Source: Cylindrospermopsis raciborskii Cr2010 (GTDB lineage Bacteria; Cyanobacteriota; Cyanobacteriia; Cyanobacteriales; Nostocaceae). From it: DNA of 32,000 nt. The DNA lies in the NCBI RefSeq assembly GCF_003367075.2, contig NZ_CP065936.1:1650001-1682000 (forward strand), in the 5' to 3' direction. Every line of letters starts with the position of its first letter. Position 1 is the first letter of the stretch. A program made the translations under genes and the position numbers. The notes under the pieces are model-generated. The model made no database searches, was not told the DNA's origin, and was given only the letters and a program-made list of their open reading frames with translations. Positions 21,452-31,170 of this stretch are shown here, piece by piece.

Positions 21452-22354
21452 CTACAAACTCAAATCCGCTTGGGTAATTTCTACATAAATATGTTCTAAA
21501 CGCAGGGATTGGCGGGAAATAGAGTCAATCTCTATACCATCAAATTTAGTCAATAATTCTTTTAGTTCTATTGGTTCTGGTAGTAAAAAGGCTAAATCAC
21601 TCCCATACCGTCGAACAATAAAACCATTTTCCCGACCTACTGATATAGCTGTACTTTCTTCTTTGGTTTGCACCAAAACAATTTCCTTCCCCGGAACCCG
21701 GGTTTTTAATTCTGCTAAACTTCCCTCAGCTAATATCTGACCATTTTTTAAAACTCCAATCCGACTACAAAGTCTTTCAGCTTCATCTAGTAGGTGAGTG
21801 GTTAGCAGTATGGTCATACCTTGATTTTTTAAATTGCGAATTAATTCCCAAATTTCATATCTAGCTTCAATATCTAGTCCTGTGGTTGGTTCATCAAGAA
21901 TCAATAATTGAGGTTGATGTACTAAAGCCACAGCAATGTTTAAACGCCTTTGCATACCTCCACTGAGAGTTTCTACAGGACTATCTGCTCTATCTAACAA
22001 GTTTACGGATTTTAAGGTAGTCACTACTTGTTTTTGTTTGGTTTTGGAGTCTAAACCATAAATCTCAGCAAAAAATCTCAGATTTTCCGCACAGGAGAGG
22101 GTTTTATATAGAATATTTTCCTGGGGAGCAATACCAATGAGTTTTTTTGTAGAACCAGAAATTGGCTGATGATTTACTGTGACATGACCACTATCTGCTT
22201 TAAGAAGATTACAAATAATATTAATAGTAGTTGTTTTACCTGCTCCGTTAGCACCCAGTAAACCATAAACTTCTCCCGGTTGGATGGCAAATGTTAAATT
22301 TTGTAGAACTTTGCGGTTTTTGTAGGACTTGTTTAAATTTTTAATTTTAAGCAT
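21452..22354 (-). CDS. ABC transporter ATP-binding protein
   Basis: Walker A GANGAGKTTT, signature LSGGMQRRLNIAVALVHQPQLLILDEPTTGLD, and switch TTHLLDEAE. Confidence 0.96.
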   Translation of the reverse strand: MLKIKNLNKSYKNRKVLQNLTFAIQPGEVYGLLGANGAGKTTTINIICNLLKADSGHVTVNHQPISGSTKKLIGIAPQENILYKTLSCAENLRFFAEIYGLDSKTKQKQVVTTLKSVNLLDRADSPVETLSGGMQRRLNIAVALVHQPQLLILDEPTTGLDIEARYEIWELIRNLKNQGMTILLTTHLLDEAERLCSRIGVLKNGQILAEGSLAELKTRVPGKEIVLVQTKEESTAISVGRENGFIVRRYGSDLAFLLPEPIELKELLTKFDGIEIDSISRQSLRLEHIYVEITQADLSL

Positions 22355-22478
22355 CTTGGTAATTGATATTTTTCAGGAATGGGAGCTGGAATTGGATCAT
22401 ACTCCCCACTTTTGGCTTTAATTCACCAAAGTCAACTCTTTCTATAGAAATAGGATATTTATTTGTGACTATACTGGT

Positions 22479-23252
22479 TTAAAGTCTTTTTTCTACCATC
22501 AACATCCGTTTATAAGATATCCAACCACAAACGAGAGTAAGTGTAGCAAAAAATAACAAAAAGCGCAAGTGTAAGCTCACATCGCTAAATTTTTCTCCAT
22601 TAGCGGAAACACCTAAAAGAGCTTCATTCATGTGGTAAATAGGATTATACTTAGCAATATCTAATAGAGTTTTAGGAAATAGGGAACTTGGAAAAAATGT
22701 CCCCCCCAAAATTAACAGGGGTACGCCAAAAGTAGCTACCAAAGCATTAACGTCTTCCGTACGACGAGCTAGTTGTGTCCCGAGGACAAATCCCAGACCC
22801 ACGTATGCAATAATGCTCAAGAAAATAATGACTATTCCTAATAATATTGAACCTTGAAAGGTTGCACCCCAGAACCCAGCAACTATATATACTAGCAGAG
22901 TTTGTCCAATTCCTATACAGCTATGGGCTAAAAAAATTCCCAGAAAATAAGATGTGCCACTTAAAGGTGAAATAAATAATCGTTTTAGAGTTTGTTGTTC
23001 TCTCTCCGCAACAACTGTTGCAACAGTTCCACCCAAACAACTAAAAAATAGTGCCGCACCCACTAAACTCGAAGGTGCAGCTTTTTCTAAGGCTACCTCC
23101 ATGGCTAGTTCTCCCCGTTCTGACAAAACAAAGCCATTAAGTATCAAAATAGAAACTGGGAAAATAGTCCAAAAAATTAGACTTCGTCTGCGTCGTAGTA
23201 GTTCCGTTAAGATACGCTGAGCTATAGCCAGGGTTTCACGCCAATATTTCAT
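22479..23252 (-). CDS. ABC-2 type transporter permease
   Basis: About six TM segments, E(R)EQQTLKRLFISPLSG motif, directly downstream in the same orientation as the ATPase gene's partner region. Confidence 0.88.
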   Translation of the reverse strand: MKYWRETLAIAQRILTELLRRRRSLIFWTIFPVSILILNGFVLSERGELAMEVALEKAAPSSLVGAALFFSCLGGTVATVVAEREQQTLKRLFISPLSGTSYFLGIFLAHSCIGIGQTLLVYIVAGFWGATFQGSILLGIVIIFLSIIAYVGLGFVLGTQLARRTEDVNALVATFGVPLLILGGTFFPSSLFPKTLLDIAKYNPIYHMNEALLGVSANGEKFSDVSLHLRFLLFFATLTLVCGWISYKRMLMVEKRL

Positions 23253-23332
23253 ATTAATTAGTCTCTTGCCAAATTACCCGAGGTCTATGCTACCATGTCA
23301 CCCACAATTTTCCAAAACCTTCTACAATTCCA

Positions 23333-23938
23333 CTAATCAGTAATTGCATTCATTAAAACTTCTGTTAAACTCATCTCTTCCAAGTCATCTAAAGTCACAG
23401 TATCGCAAATATCAAATTTAGCTCCTACACTTTGTAACTGGTCATCGAGAGCTTTGAGAAATTTTGTAGCTTGCGCATCTGTACCTACTTGAATTAGAGA
23501 AATTGCTAATTCCTCATCTTTATCTATTTTGCGAGAGGCGTTAATAACTACTTCAAAAACCGCTTTCCGATCATCCGGTTCGCCATCAGTAATCACTAGA
23601 ATGGTTTCACCATTTGGTTTGGCTTGACCAGATGCTTTACGTTGAAAATATTGATTAGTAGCATCTAAAAGCACTCCAGCTAAATTGGTTGTACCAACAG
23701 GATCATTTTCTTGAAATATCTGGGCAACCTTTGCTGCTGTCACATTTTCGTATCGTTTAAATCTACCGGAAAATACATAAACAGTAATACCATCTGGGTC
23801 AAATTGCTCACACTTTCTGGCTAGGGCTATGGTAGATTCTTGAGCTATTTCCCATCTGGTTTTTCCACCCCGTTGATCCGGAGTTGACATGCTCCCACTT
23901 TTATCAATGATTAGTGTATAGTCGCGATCGCTCATCAT
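23333..23938 (-). CDS. von Willebrand factor A domain protein
   Basis: MIDAS-like DKSGSMSTPD, TNLAGVL and ITDGEPDD. Confidence 0.9.
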   Translation of the reverse strand: MMSDRDYTLIIDKSGSMSTPDQRGGKTRWEIAQESTIALARKCEQFDPDGITVYVFSGRFKRYENVTAAKVAQIFQENDPVGTTNLAGVLLDATNQYFQRKASGQAKPNGETILVITDGEPDDRKAVFEVVINASRKIDKDEELAISLIQVGTDAQATKFLKALDDQLQSVGAKFDICDTVTLDDLEEMSLTEVLMNAITD

Positions 23939-24065
23939 ATTTCACTCTAAATATTAGTTTACTCTTATTTTATCTTTTACCTGGCATTTTTGCGCAAGGT
24001 GAGGGGATCCTAATTCCCAGTTAGAAAAATGGGATAAATTTAAACCACAGTAGTACCTTAACTTA

Positions 24066-25616
24066 TTGCCAATTATGCCTAAACAATTCAACACTGCTGG
24101 CCCTTGCAAAGCTAATATCCACTATATGCTCTCTCCCACAGGACGACTACCTCAGTTGAAAACATTAATTGATGGAGAAAATTACTTTATCATTCATGCA
24201 CCGCGACAAGTAGGCAAAACCACTGCTATGATAGCTTTAGCTCAAGAATTAACTGATAGTGGGGAGTATACAGCAGTGATGCTCTCCGTGGAAGTGGGGT
24301 CGGTTTTTCCTGATGAACCAGAACGTGCTGAAAGGGCTATTTTGGGTTCTTGGCAAGATGGGATTGATATTTGGCTTCCGGAAGACCTCCATCCCCCTTT
24401 TGACCCAGAGCGCAGGGAGACTATTGGTGCTTTCCTGAAAAGTTGGGCAAAAAGCTCTCCTCGTCCCCTAGTAGTCTTCATTGACGAAATTGACTCATTA
24501 CAAAATCAAACCTTGATTTCAGTATTGCGACAGTTACGGGATGGTTTTCCCCGTCGTCCCCAGGGTTTCCCCCATTCGGTGGGCTTAATTGGCATGCGGG
24601 ATGTGCGGGACTATAAGGTTAAATCCGGTGGAAGTGAACGATTCAATACGTCTAGTCCGTTTAATATCAAGGCTGAATCCCTAACTTTAAGTAATTTTAC
24701 TTTTACAGATGTCCAAAATCTATATGAACAACATACAACAGCTACGGGACAGGTGTTTACCCTGGGAGCAGTTCAACAGGCATATTATTTAACCGATGGA
24801 CAACCATGGTTAGTCAACGCCCTAGCTCGTCAAGCTACCCAGGTGTTAGTCCAGGATGTGAATGAACCCATTACTGCTGAGGTGATTAACCAAGCCAAAG
24901 AAATTCTCATCCAGCGTCAGGATACCCATTTAGATAGTTTAGCAGAAAGATTACGGGAAGAGCGGGTCAAAGCTATTATTGAACCAATTTTAGCAGGTGA
25001 GGACTTACCCGACGTACCACCGGATGATATTCGTTACGTGCTGGATTTAGGTCTGTGTCGAGATCAAGGACAAGGACTGGAAATTGCCAATCCAATTTAT
25101 AAAGAAGTTCTACCTTTAGTACTAAGTTATACAACTAGGGTTTCTATTGGAGCAATTGAACCTCTGTGGCTAAATGAACAAGGGGAACTATTACCTGATA
25201 AATTATTACATGCTTTTCTGGAATTTTGGCGACAACACGGGGAACCATTACTCAGAAGTGCGCCCTACCATGAGATTGCTCCCCATTTGGTATTAATGGC
25301 ATTTTTACACCGGGTGGTAAATGGTGGTGGTACGTTAGAACGGGAATATGCCATTGGTTCTGGGAGAATGGATATTTGTTTACGATATGGCAAGGTGGTG
25401 ATGGGTATGGAACTCAAGGTGTGGCGTGAAAGAAAGTCAGATCCGTTAATCAAGGGTTTGACCCAACTGGATAAATATCTGGATGGGTTAGGATTAGATA
25501 CAGGTTGGTTAGTGATTTTCGATCGCCGTCCTGGTTTACCACCCATGGGGGAGAGGATTAGTACGGAGGAGGTTCTTAGTCCCACTGGGCGCACTATTAC
25601 CCTAATTCGCAGTTAG
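24066..25616 (+). CDS. AAA ATPase with C-terminal PD-(D/E)XK nuclease-like domain
   Basis: AAA-like Walker A HAPRQVGKTTAM and Walker B LVVFIDEIDSL. C-terminus GSGRMDICLRYGKVVMGMELKVWRERKSDPLIKGLTQLDKYLDGLGLDTGWLVIFDRR is PD-(D/E)XK-like. Confidence 0.85.
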   Translation: MPIMPKQFNTAGPCKANIHYMLSPTGRLPQLKTLIDGENYFIIHAPRQVGKTTAMIALAQELTDSGEYTAVMLSVEVGSVFPDEPERAERAILGSWQDGIDIWLPEDLHPPFDPERRETIGAFLKSWAKSSPRPLVVFIDEIDSLQNQTLISVLRQLRDGFPRRPQGFPHSVGLIGMRDVRDYKVKSGGSERFNTSSPFNIKAESLTLSNFTFTDVQNLYEQHTTATGQVFTLGAVQQAYYLTDGQPWLVNALARQATQVLVQDVNEPITAEVINQAKEILIQRQDTHLDSLAERLREERVKAIIEPILAGEDLPDVPPDDIRYVLDLGLCRDQGQGLEIANPIYKEVLPLVLSYTTRVSIGAIEPLWLNEQGELLPDKLLHAFLEFWRQHGEPLLRSAPYHEIAPHLVLMAFLHRVVNGGGTLEREYAIGSGRMDICLRYGKVVMGMELKVWRERKSDPLIKGLTQLDKYLDGLGLDTGWLVIFDRRPGLPPMGERISTEEVLSPTGRTITLIRS

Positions 25617-25713
25617 AAAAGTGCCAAACCCTCAGTAATCCCGAACTGGGGAGATTGGACACTTCCAAATCAATAGCAATGTTTATTTATCTAATTTAGT
25701 TATTAACTAATCC

Positions 25714-26301
25714 ATGTTTGCTGCTTCCCATCAATTATTATGGTCTATGATTGGCTTGCTGTTGACCATTGGCGGCACCTTTTTAGAAGCATACGGTACC
25801 AGCTTACCCTGGAGCTGGAGTCAACAGGGAATTAAAACCTTCCCTCTAGGTACTAGCTATCAAATTGCTGCTGTACTGTTTGTTGGTTGTTTAGGGGGTA
25901 AAAGTGCTGGTGCCCTTTCCCAAATTGCTTATTTAGTGATGGGCTTGACCTTATTACCGGTATTTACTCAAGGAGGAGGCATAGCATATCTTAAGCTTTC
26001 CCAATTTGGTTACTTACTGGGGTTTATTCCAGGAGCATGGATTTGTGGACATTTTGCCTTTAAAGCCAGACCCCGATTAGAAAGCTTAGGTTTTAGTTGT
26101 CTGTGCGGATTGTTAACTATTCACATTTGCGGTATTTGTTATTTGGTAACCAGTTATCTTTTCTCCTGGGGGGACAATCAAAATTTGTCCTTAATGGAGG
26201 GTATTCTTAAATATTCCTGGTTTTCCCTCCCTGGACAATTGGCCGTGCTTTGTGCTGTTACTGTCATAGCTTACCTCCTACGACACATTATGTTTTATTA
26301 A
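25714..26301 (+). CDS. bioY: Biotin transporter BioY
   Basis: Hydrophobic protein with GTSYQIAAVLFVGCLGGKSAGALSQIAYLVMGLTLLPVFTQGGG and GFIPGAWICG. Confidence 0.88.
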   Translation: MFAASHQLLWSMIGLLLTIGGTFLEAYGTSLPWSWSQQGIKTFPLGTSYQIAAVLFVGCLGGKSAGALSQIAYLVMGLTLLPVFTQGGGIAYLKLSQFGYLLGFIPGAWICGHFAFKARPRLESLGFSCLCGLLTIHICGICYLVTSYLFSWGDNQNLSLMEGILKYSWFSLPGQLAVLCAVTVIAYLLRHIMFY

Positions 26302-26350
26302 TGTCTCATTAGTAATTTTTGCGTCTCACATAATTAATGCTAGAATTGTC

Positions 26351-26803
26351 ATGGGTTTAAAAAATCGCCTGTTTTGGATTGCTGCTGTAATAGCTTTTGC
26401 TCTGGACCAACTGACAAAGTTGTCCGTGGTTAAAAGCTTTGATTTACACCAAACCTTGCCCTTACTACCAGGAGTCTTTCATCTGACATACGTAACTAAC
26501 ACAGGTGCAGCTTTTAGTCTTTTTAGTGGTAAGGTTGAGTGGTTACGTTGGTTATCCCTAGTCGTAAGTTTACTTTTAGTGGCGATCGCTCTTTGGGGGC
26601 CATTATTAAGTGTATGGGAACAATTGGGTTATGGTTTAATTTTAGGGGGAGCTATAGGTAATGGTATTGATAGATTCATATTGGGCTATGTGGTAGATTT
26701 TCTGGACTTTCGTATATTCAACTTCCCGGTCTTCAATTTAGCAGACTCATTTATTAGTATAGGTATTGTTTGTCTACTAATTGGTTCCCAGAAAAAAGCC
26801 TAA
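26351..26803 (+). CDS. lspA: Lipoprotein signal peptidase (signal peptidase II)
   Basis: DQLTKL, VTNTGAAFSLFSG, GGAIGNGIDRF..G.VVDFLDF and FNLADSFI catalytic motifs. Confidence 0.96.
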   Translation: MGLKNRLFWIAAVIAFALDQLTKLSVVKSFDLHQTLPLLPGVFHLTYVTNTGAAFSLFSGKVEWLRWLSLVVSLLLVAIALWGPLLSVWEQLGYGLILGGAIGNGIDRFILGYVVDFLDFRIFNFPVFNLADSFISIGIVCLLIGSQKKA

Positions 26804-26857
26804 GCAGAAAACTCCTAATTAATTTTGATATAAATTAACTTTACCCAATCCTAGACC

Positions 26858-29119
26858 ATGAGTTCCCAACAACCACCCCGAAAACCCCAAACCTTTCTTG
26901 GTCAAATCACTCAAGCTGTAAATACCATTCAAGCTAGAGTAGACTTTTCTAAACTAGCTTTAAAACCCAATGCCAAAGTACCGGAACTGTGGGTGCAAAA
27001 CGGGGAAGAAAGCCAAACCTATCCCCTATTGGGAGAACGTTACATTTTAGGTCGCAGTTCCAGATCCTGTGATATCATCGTTCCTAACCCAGTAGTTAGC
27101 CAGGTTCACCTTTCCCTCACTAGGGACTCAAGCCAAAACAACCCGGTCTTCACTATCAAAGACGAAAATTCCACTAACGGTATTTACTTAGGAAAACGCC
27201 GAGTCAAATCTCTCAAACTTAGACATGGTGATATTGTTACCCTGGGTCCACCAGAACTAGCTGCTTCAGTAAGTCTTGAGTATCTTGATCCACCCCCTGC
27301 TCATATTAAATTTCTTACTTGGGGAATGTATGGTATCAGTGGTATTACTGCCTTATTTGCCCTGGCCATCGTTTGGGAATGGACAAAATTTGACGTTAAC
27401 CCCCTACCCACCGCAACCAGTGGACCAGTAGTAATTTATGCCCGGGATGCCTACACCCCATTGCGAGAACCCCGCAATATCTCTCACGTAGATCTTAAAG
27501 AAATAGCAGATTTCGGTCCTTACATACCCGGTGCAGTAGTCGCTTCGGAGGACAGTCGCTATTATTGGCACTTTGGAGTTGACCCCCTAGGAATTTTGCG
27601 GGCAGTATTCATTAACACACAGAGTGGAAATGTGCAACAAGGGGCTAGTACGGTTACCCAACAGCTTGCACGGAGTTTATTTCGTGATTATGTAGGTAGA
27701 CAGGATTCTTTAGGAAGAAAAATTCGTGAAGCTATTGTCTCCTTAAAATTAGAAACCTTTTATAGCAAGGATGAGATCCTGCTTACCTATTTAAACCGAG
27801 TATTTTTAGGAGCTGACACTTCTGGTTTTGAAGATGCGGCTAAATATTACTTTGAAAAATCTGCCAAAGAATTAACCCTGTCAGAAGCAGCAACTTTAGT
27901 GGGAATATTACCTGCACCCAATGGGTTTGACTTTTGTGGAGATGGACCTAGGAAATTAGCAGCAGCAGATTATCGGAATCGGGTCATTCGACGCATGTTA
28001 GATATGGGTACGATTAATTCCACTCAAGCAAATCGAGCCAGAAGATCTCCTGTACAATTCAGTCCTAAAGTTTGTGAAAGACAAGCTAAAACTATTGCTC
28101 CCTATTTTTACAACTACGTTTTTCAAGAGTTAGAATCAATTTTGGGTGCAGGAGCAGCCAGAGAAGGTAACTACATCATTGAAACTAAATTAGACCCAGT
28201 AATTCAAGCTAAAGCTGAGTCAGCCTTGCAAAATTCGGTAAATAAGGTTGGCTCCAACTTGCGATTTTCCCAGGGAGCAATTGTGACCCTAGATGCCAAA
28301 ACTGGGAGCATATTAGCCATGGTCGGGGGGAAAAATTACAAAGAAAGCCAATTTAACCGTGCTATACAAGCTCAAAGACAACCTGGATCTACTTTTAAAG
28401 TTTTTGCCTATGCTGCAGCTATAGAAGCAGGAATACCCACCTATAAGAGCTATTCTTGTAATTCTTTTCCCTGGGGAGGATTTACCTATAGACCTTGTCG
28501 CAGTGGGGGTGGTAGCTTAGATGTAGCTACCGGTTTTGCACTGTCAGAAAACCCTATTGCTCTAAGACTTGCACGGGAGGTAGGATTAAATAAGGTAGTA
28601 GAAATGGCCCAGAGGTTAGGGATAAAATCCTCCTTGGAATCAGTTCCCGGTTTAGTTCTGGGTCAAAGTGTAGTCAATGTTCTGGAAATGACCGGTGCGT
28701 TTGCAGCAATTGGCAATCGAGGAGTATGGAATCCTCCCCACGCTATTACCCGAATTCTAGATAGTAGTGATTGTGAAGATCGGAATAATTTAAAAACCTG
28801 TCGGGAGATTTATTCCTTTACTCAAAATCCCAAAGCTAATCAAACAGTGTTAAAAAAGAATGTAGCTAACACTATGACTGACATGATGCAAGCTGTGGTA
28901 GCTAGGGGCACTGGTCGTGCTGCTTCCATAGGAATGGGTGAGGAAGCAGGTAAAACTGGAACCACAGATAAAAATGTGGACTTGTGGTTTATTGGTTTTA
29001 TTCCCAGTCGTCAATTGGTCACTGGTATTTGGCTGGGTAATGATAACAACTCTCCTACCCTTGGTAGTAGTGGTCAAGCAGCACAGTTATGGGGAAATTA
29101 TATGCGACAAATTAAGTAG
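26858..29119 (+). CDS. FHA-domain class A penicillin-binding protein (transglycosylase/transpeptidase)
   Basis: FHA region YILGRSSRSCDIIVPNPVVSQVHLSL...DENSTNGIYL. GT51 EDSRYYWHFGVDPLGILRA and GASTVTQQLARSLF. Transpeptidase SxxK-type GSTFKVF and KTGTTD. Confidence 0.95.
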   Translation: MSSQQPPRKPQTFLGQITQAVNTIQARVDFSKLALKPNAKVPELWVQNGEESQTYPLLGERYILGRSSRSCDIIVPNPVVSQVHLSLTRDSSQNNPVFTIKDENSTNGIYLGKRRVKSLKLRHGDIVTLGPPELAASVSLEYLDPPPAHIKFLTWGMYGISGITALFALAIVWEWTKFDVNPLPTATSGPVVIYARDAYTPLREPRNISHVDLKEIADFGPYIPGAVVASEDSRYYWHFGVDPLGILRAVFINTQSGNVQQGASTVTQQLARSLFRDYVGRQDSLGRKIREAIVSLKLETFYSKDEILLTYLNRVFLGADTSGFEDAAKYYFEKSAKELTLSEAATLVGILPAPNGFDFCGDGPRKLAAADYRNRVIRRMLDMGTINSTQANRARRSPVQFSPKVCERQAKTIAPYFYNYVFQELESILGAGAAREGNYIIETKLDPVIQAKAESALQNSVNKVGSNLRFSQGAIVTLDAKTGSILAMVGGKNYKESQFNRAIQAQRQPGSTFKVFAYAAAIEAGIPTYKSYSCNSFPWGGFTYRPCRSGGGSLDVATGFALSENPIALRLAREVGLNKVVEMAQRLGIKSSLESVPGLVLGQSVVNVLEMTGAFAAIGNRGVWNPPHAITRILDSSDCEDRNNLKTCREIYSFTQNPKANQTVLKKNVANTMTDMMQAVVARGTGRAASIGMGEEAGKTGTTDKNVDLWFIGFIPSRQLVTGIWLGNDNNSPTLGSSGQAAQLWGNYMRQIK

Positions 29120-29139
29120 CTAAGACGGGGCGATTTATA

Positions 29140-30177
29140 ATGCGTGTTTTACTTTCTGGTTATTATGGCAAGGGTAATGGTGGTGATGAAGCTCTCTTGG
29201 CTACTCTTTTACAAATGCTACCACCTCACATCACTCCCGTAGTTCTGTCCGGTAGTCCCCAACTAACCACTACACATTATGGGGTAGAAAGTCATGACCG
29301 GATGGCATTTATCCCCTTGATTCGAGCTTTACGCTCTTGTCAAGGATTTATATGGGGTGGAGGTAGTTTAATGCAGGATGCAACCAGTAGTATTAATCCC
29401 TTGTATTATGGGGGATTAATGGCTTTGGCCCAATTTATGGGTCTAAAAACCATAGCCTGGGGCCAGGGTATAGGTCCCCTATCCCTACCACAAAACCGTT
29501 GGTTGGCTCAAAGAAATTTTGCCGGTTGTTTGGGTGTGAGTGTGCGCGATCGCTCAAGTGCTGGGTTATTATCAGGTTGGCACATACCACATATCCTAGC
29601 ACCTGATCCAGTGTGGGGTTTAGCATCTGAGTCAGTACCAGAATTAGCGGGTCTACCAAAACCACGAATTGCAGTTACCTTGAGAAAACATCCCCAGTTG
29701 ACACAGGATAGATTAGCAAATCTAATCCGTGGATTGGTTGATTTGCAAAAACACACCCAAGCATTTATCCTAATTCTACCATTTCAAAAAACCGAAGATT
29801 TAGAAATTGCCCAACAAATTCACTCTCAATTACCAAATAATAGCCAGGTTTTTTGTTTAGATAAACCACAAATTTTAAAAGGCGCATTTAGAGGTGTGAA
29901 TATGGTAATAGGAATGCGTCTACATAGTTTAATTATGGCTGCTAGTGAAGGGTGTCGTTGTTTTGCTTTAAGTTATGATCCTAAAATCAACAGGTTGATG
30001 GAAGATTTACCCATACCAGGTTGGAATCTTCCAGATTTACCCGATGATCCTAATTTAATTGCCAAAACTTGGTTGGATTTCTATCACAATACCGAGTCTT
30101 TGTCAAGAGATAAATTACAGTCTCTGTTGGATGGTTCCCTGTTACACCGCGACTTGTTGTACCGAGTATTTAATTAG
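29140..30177 (+). CDS. csaB: Polysaccharide pyruvyl transferase CsaB
   Basis: SGYYGKGNGGDEALL, GFIWGGGSLMQDATS and VIGMRLHSLIMAA motifs. Confidence 0.92.
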   Translation: MRVLLSGYYGKGNGGDEALLATLLQMLPPHITPVVLSGSPQLTTTHYGVESHDRMAFIPLIRALRSCQGFIWGGGSLMQDATSSINPLYYGGLMALAQFMGLKTIAWGQGIGPLSLPQNRWLAQRNFAGCLGVSVRDRSSAGLLSGWHIPHILAPDPVWGLASESVPELAGLPKPRIAVTLRKHPQLTQDRLANLIRGLVDLQKHTQAFILILPFQKTEDLEIAQQIHSQLPNNSQVFCLDKPQILKGAFRGVNMVIGMRLHSLIMAASEGCRCFALSYDPKINRLMEDLPIPGWNLPDLPDDPNLIAKTWLDFYHNTESLSRDKLQSLLDGSLLHRDLLYRVFN

Positions 30178-30195
30178 TATGGTAAGGATGTTAGT

Positions 30196-30492
30196 TTATT
30201 TACCTTTAGTTTCTAGATTTTGTACAGCTTGACTAAAACCCAAGACAATTAAAATATTAGCAAGAGTTAAGAATAACTCAGCACTGCCATGAAGCCAGTC
30301 TATATTTGCTAGAGCTTCTTGGTAGGCAATCTTGGCGTAAATACCAGCTGGAATGGTAACGCCAACAAATACTAAAGTGCCATAGAATCCATAGAGTGCT
30401 AAACGTGGCATTTGTGGACTGCGACTGATAAACCACAAGAAACCCAAATAGGGGAACAAGGAGAGAGCAAATAGAGTTTCTTTTGAGATCAT
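30196..30492 (-). CDS. DUF3593-like membrane protein
   Basis: Small hydrophobic ORF, SLFPYLGFLWFISRS.QMP..A..GFYGTLVFV.VTIPAGIYAK, found in cyanobacteria and plastid-bearing lineages. Confidence 0.75.
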   Translation of the reverse strand: MISKETLFALSLFPYLGFLWFISRSPQMPRLALYGFYGTLVFVGVTIPAGIYAKIAYQEALANIDWLHGSAELFLTLANILIVLGFSQAVQNLETKGK

Positions 30493-30498
30493 GACGGT

Positions 30499-30882
30499 CT
30501 ACTCCTTATTTGAGATGTTAAGAACTCCACTGGCTCGAGTAGAACGCCAAACCCACACTGCTGCTGCCCAAAGAGTAAAATTACCTATTAGCGTGGTAGT
30601 AGCCTGGAGGGTAACTAACCATTCTAAGGACTGGGGATTATCGAAATAATGCCATGTACAAGCAGATAGGGCGCTAATTAAGGCGGGTATCATAGCTAGG
30701 GCAAATCCCCTCCAACTATGGTTTTGGGTCAGTTCGCCATATTTCCAGATGAGGGAAATGGCAACTACCCATTCAATGACACTAGAAATATGGATAATCC
30801 AGGTGGGAATTGAAAGAGCGTTCATGGGATTATAAATATGGCTTGGGAGAGCTTTGACTATTAAAATCAAGACTGCCCTCAT
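30499..30882 (-). CDS. DUF2499-like membrane protein
   Basis: ALSIPTWIIHISSVIEWV..I.LIWKYGE and ALIPALISALSACTWHYFDNP.SLEWLVTLQA. Paired with the DUF3593 gene. Confidence 0.78.
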   Translation of the reverse strand: MRAVLILIVKALPSHIYNPMNALSIPTWIIHISSVIEWVVAISLIWKYGELTQNHSWRGFALAMIPALISALSACTWHYFDNPQSLEWLVTLQATTTLIGNFTLWAAAVWVWRSTRASGVLNISNKE

Positions 30883-31040
30883 TGCGGACTAACTCATATT
30901 TTATATCTACTGTTGGAGGAGCGCCAGTAGAAATTGTTAAACTTTATATTCATGATTTTCAGTTGTCCACTTGAAAAAAATCTCTTGACAAGCCAAAAAT
31001 TGTCTGTTATGATTGCTGTATCATAATTTTTAATAGACCT

Positions 31041-31131
31041 GGAGAGGTGGCTGAGTGGTCGAAAGCGGCAGATTGCTAATCTGTTGATGGAATCGTAAGG
31101 TCCATCCGAGGGTTCGAATCCCTCCTTCTCC
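31041..31131 (+). tRNA. tRNA-Ser (anticodon GCT)
   Basis: GGAGAGG/CTTCTCC acceptor stem, anticodon stem-loop GCAGA-TTGCTAA-TCTGT, a long variable arm and a GGGTTCGAATCCC T-arm. Total 91 nt. Confidence 0.95.
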
Positions 31132-31170
31132 ATTTAGCTCAACTAAAATTAACTTATTCACTAACTAGTC

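Noticed and set aside
23333-25616. vWA protein plus AAA/nuclease protein as one defence operon
   Set aside because: The two genes are on opposite strands (divergent) and each is common singly in cyanobacteria. Adjacency alone does not support a joint system.
30894-31133. 79-aa minus-strand ORF starting MEKEGFEPSDG...
   Set aside because: Its start region is antisense to tRNA-Ser(GCT). 'MEKEGFEPS' ORFs are a classic false translation of the complement of a tRNA.
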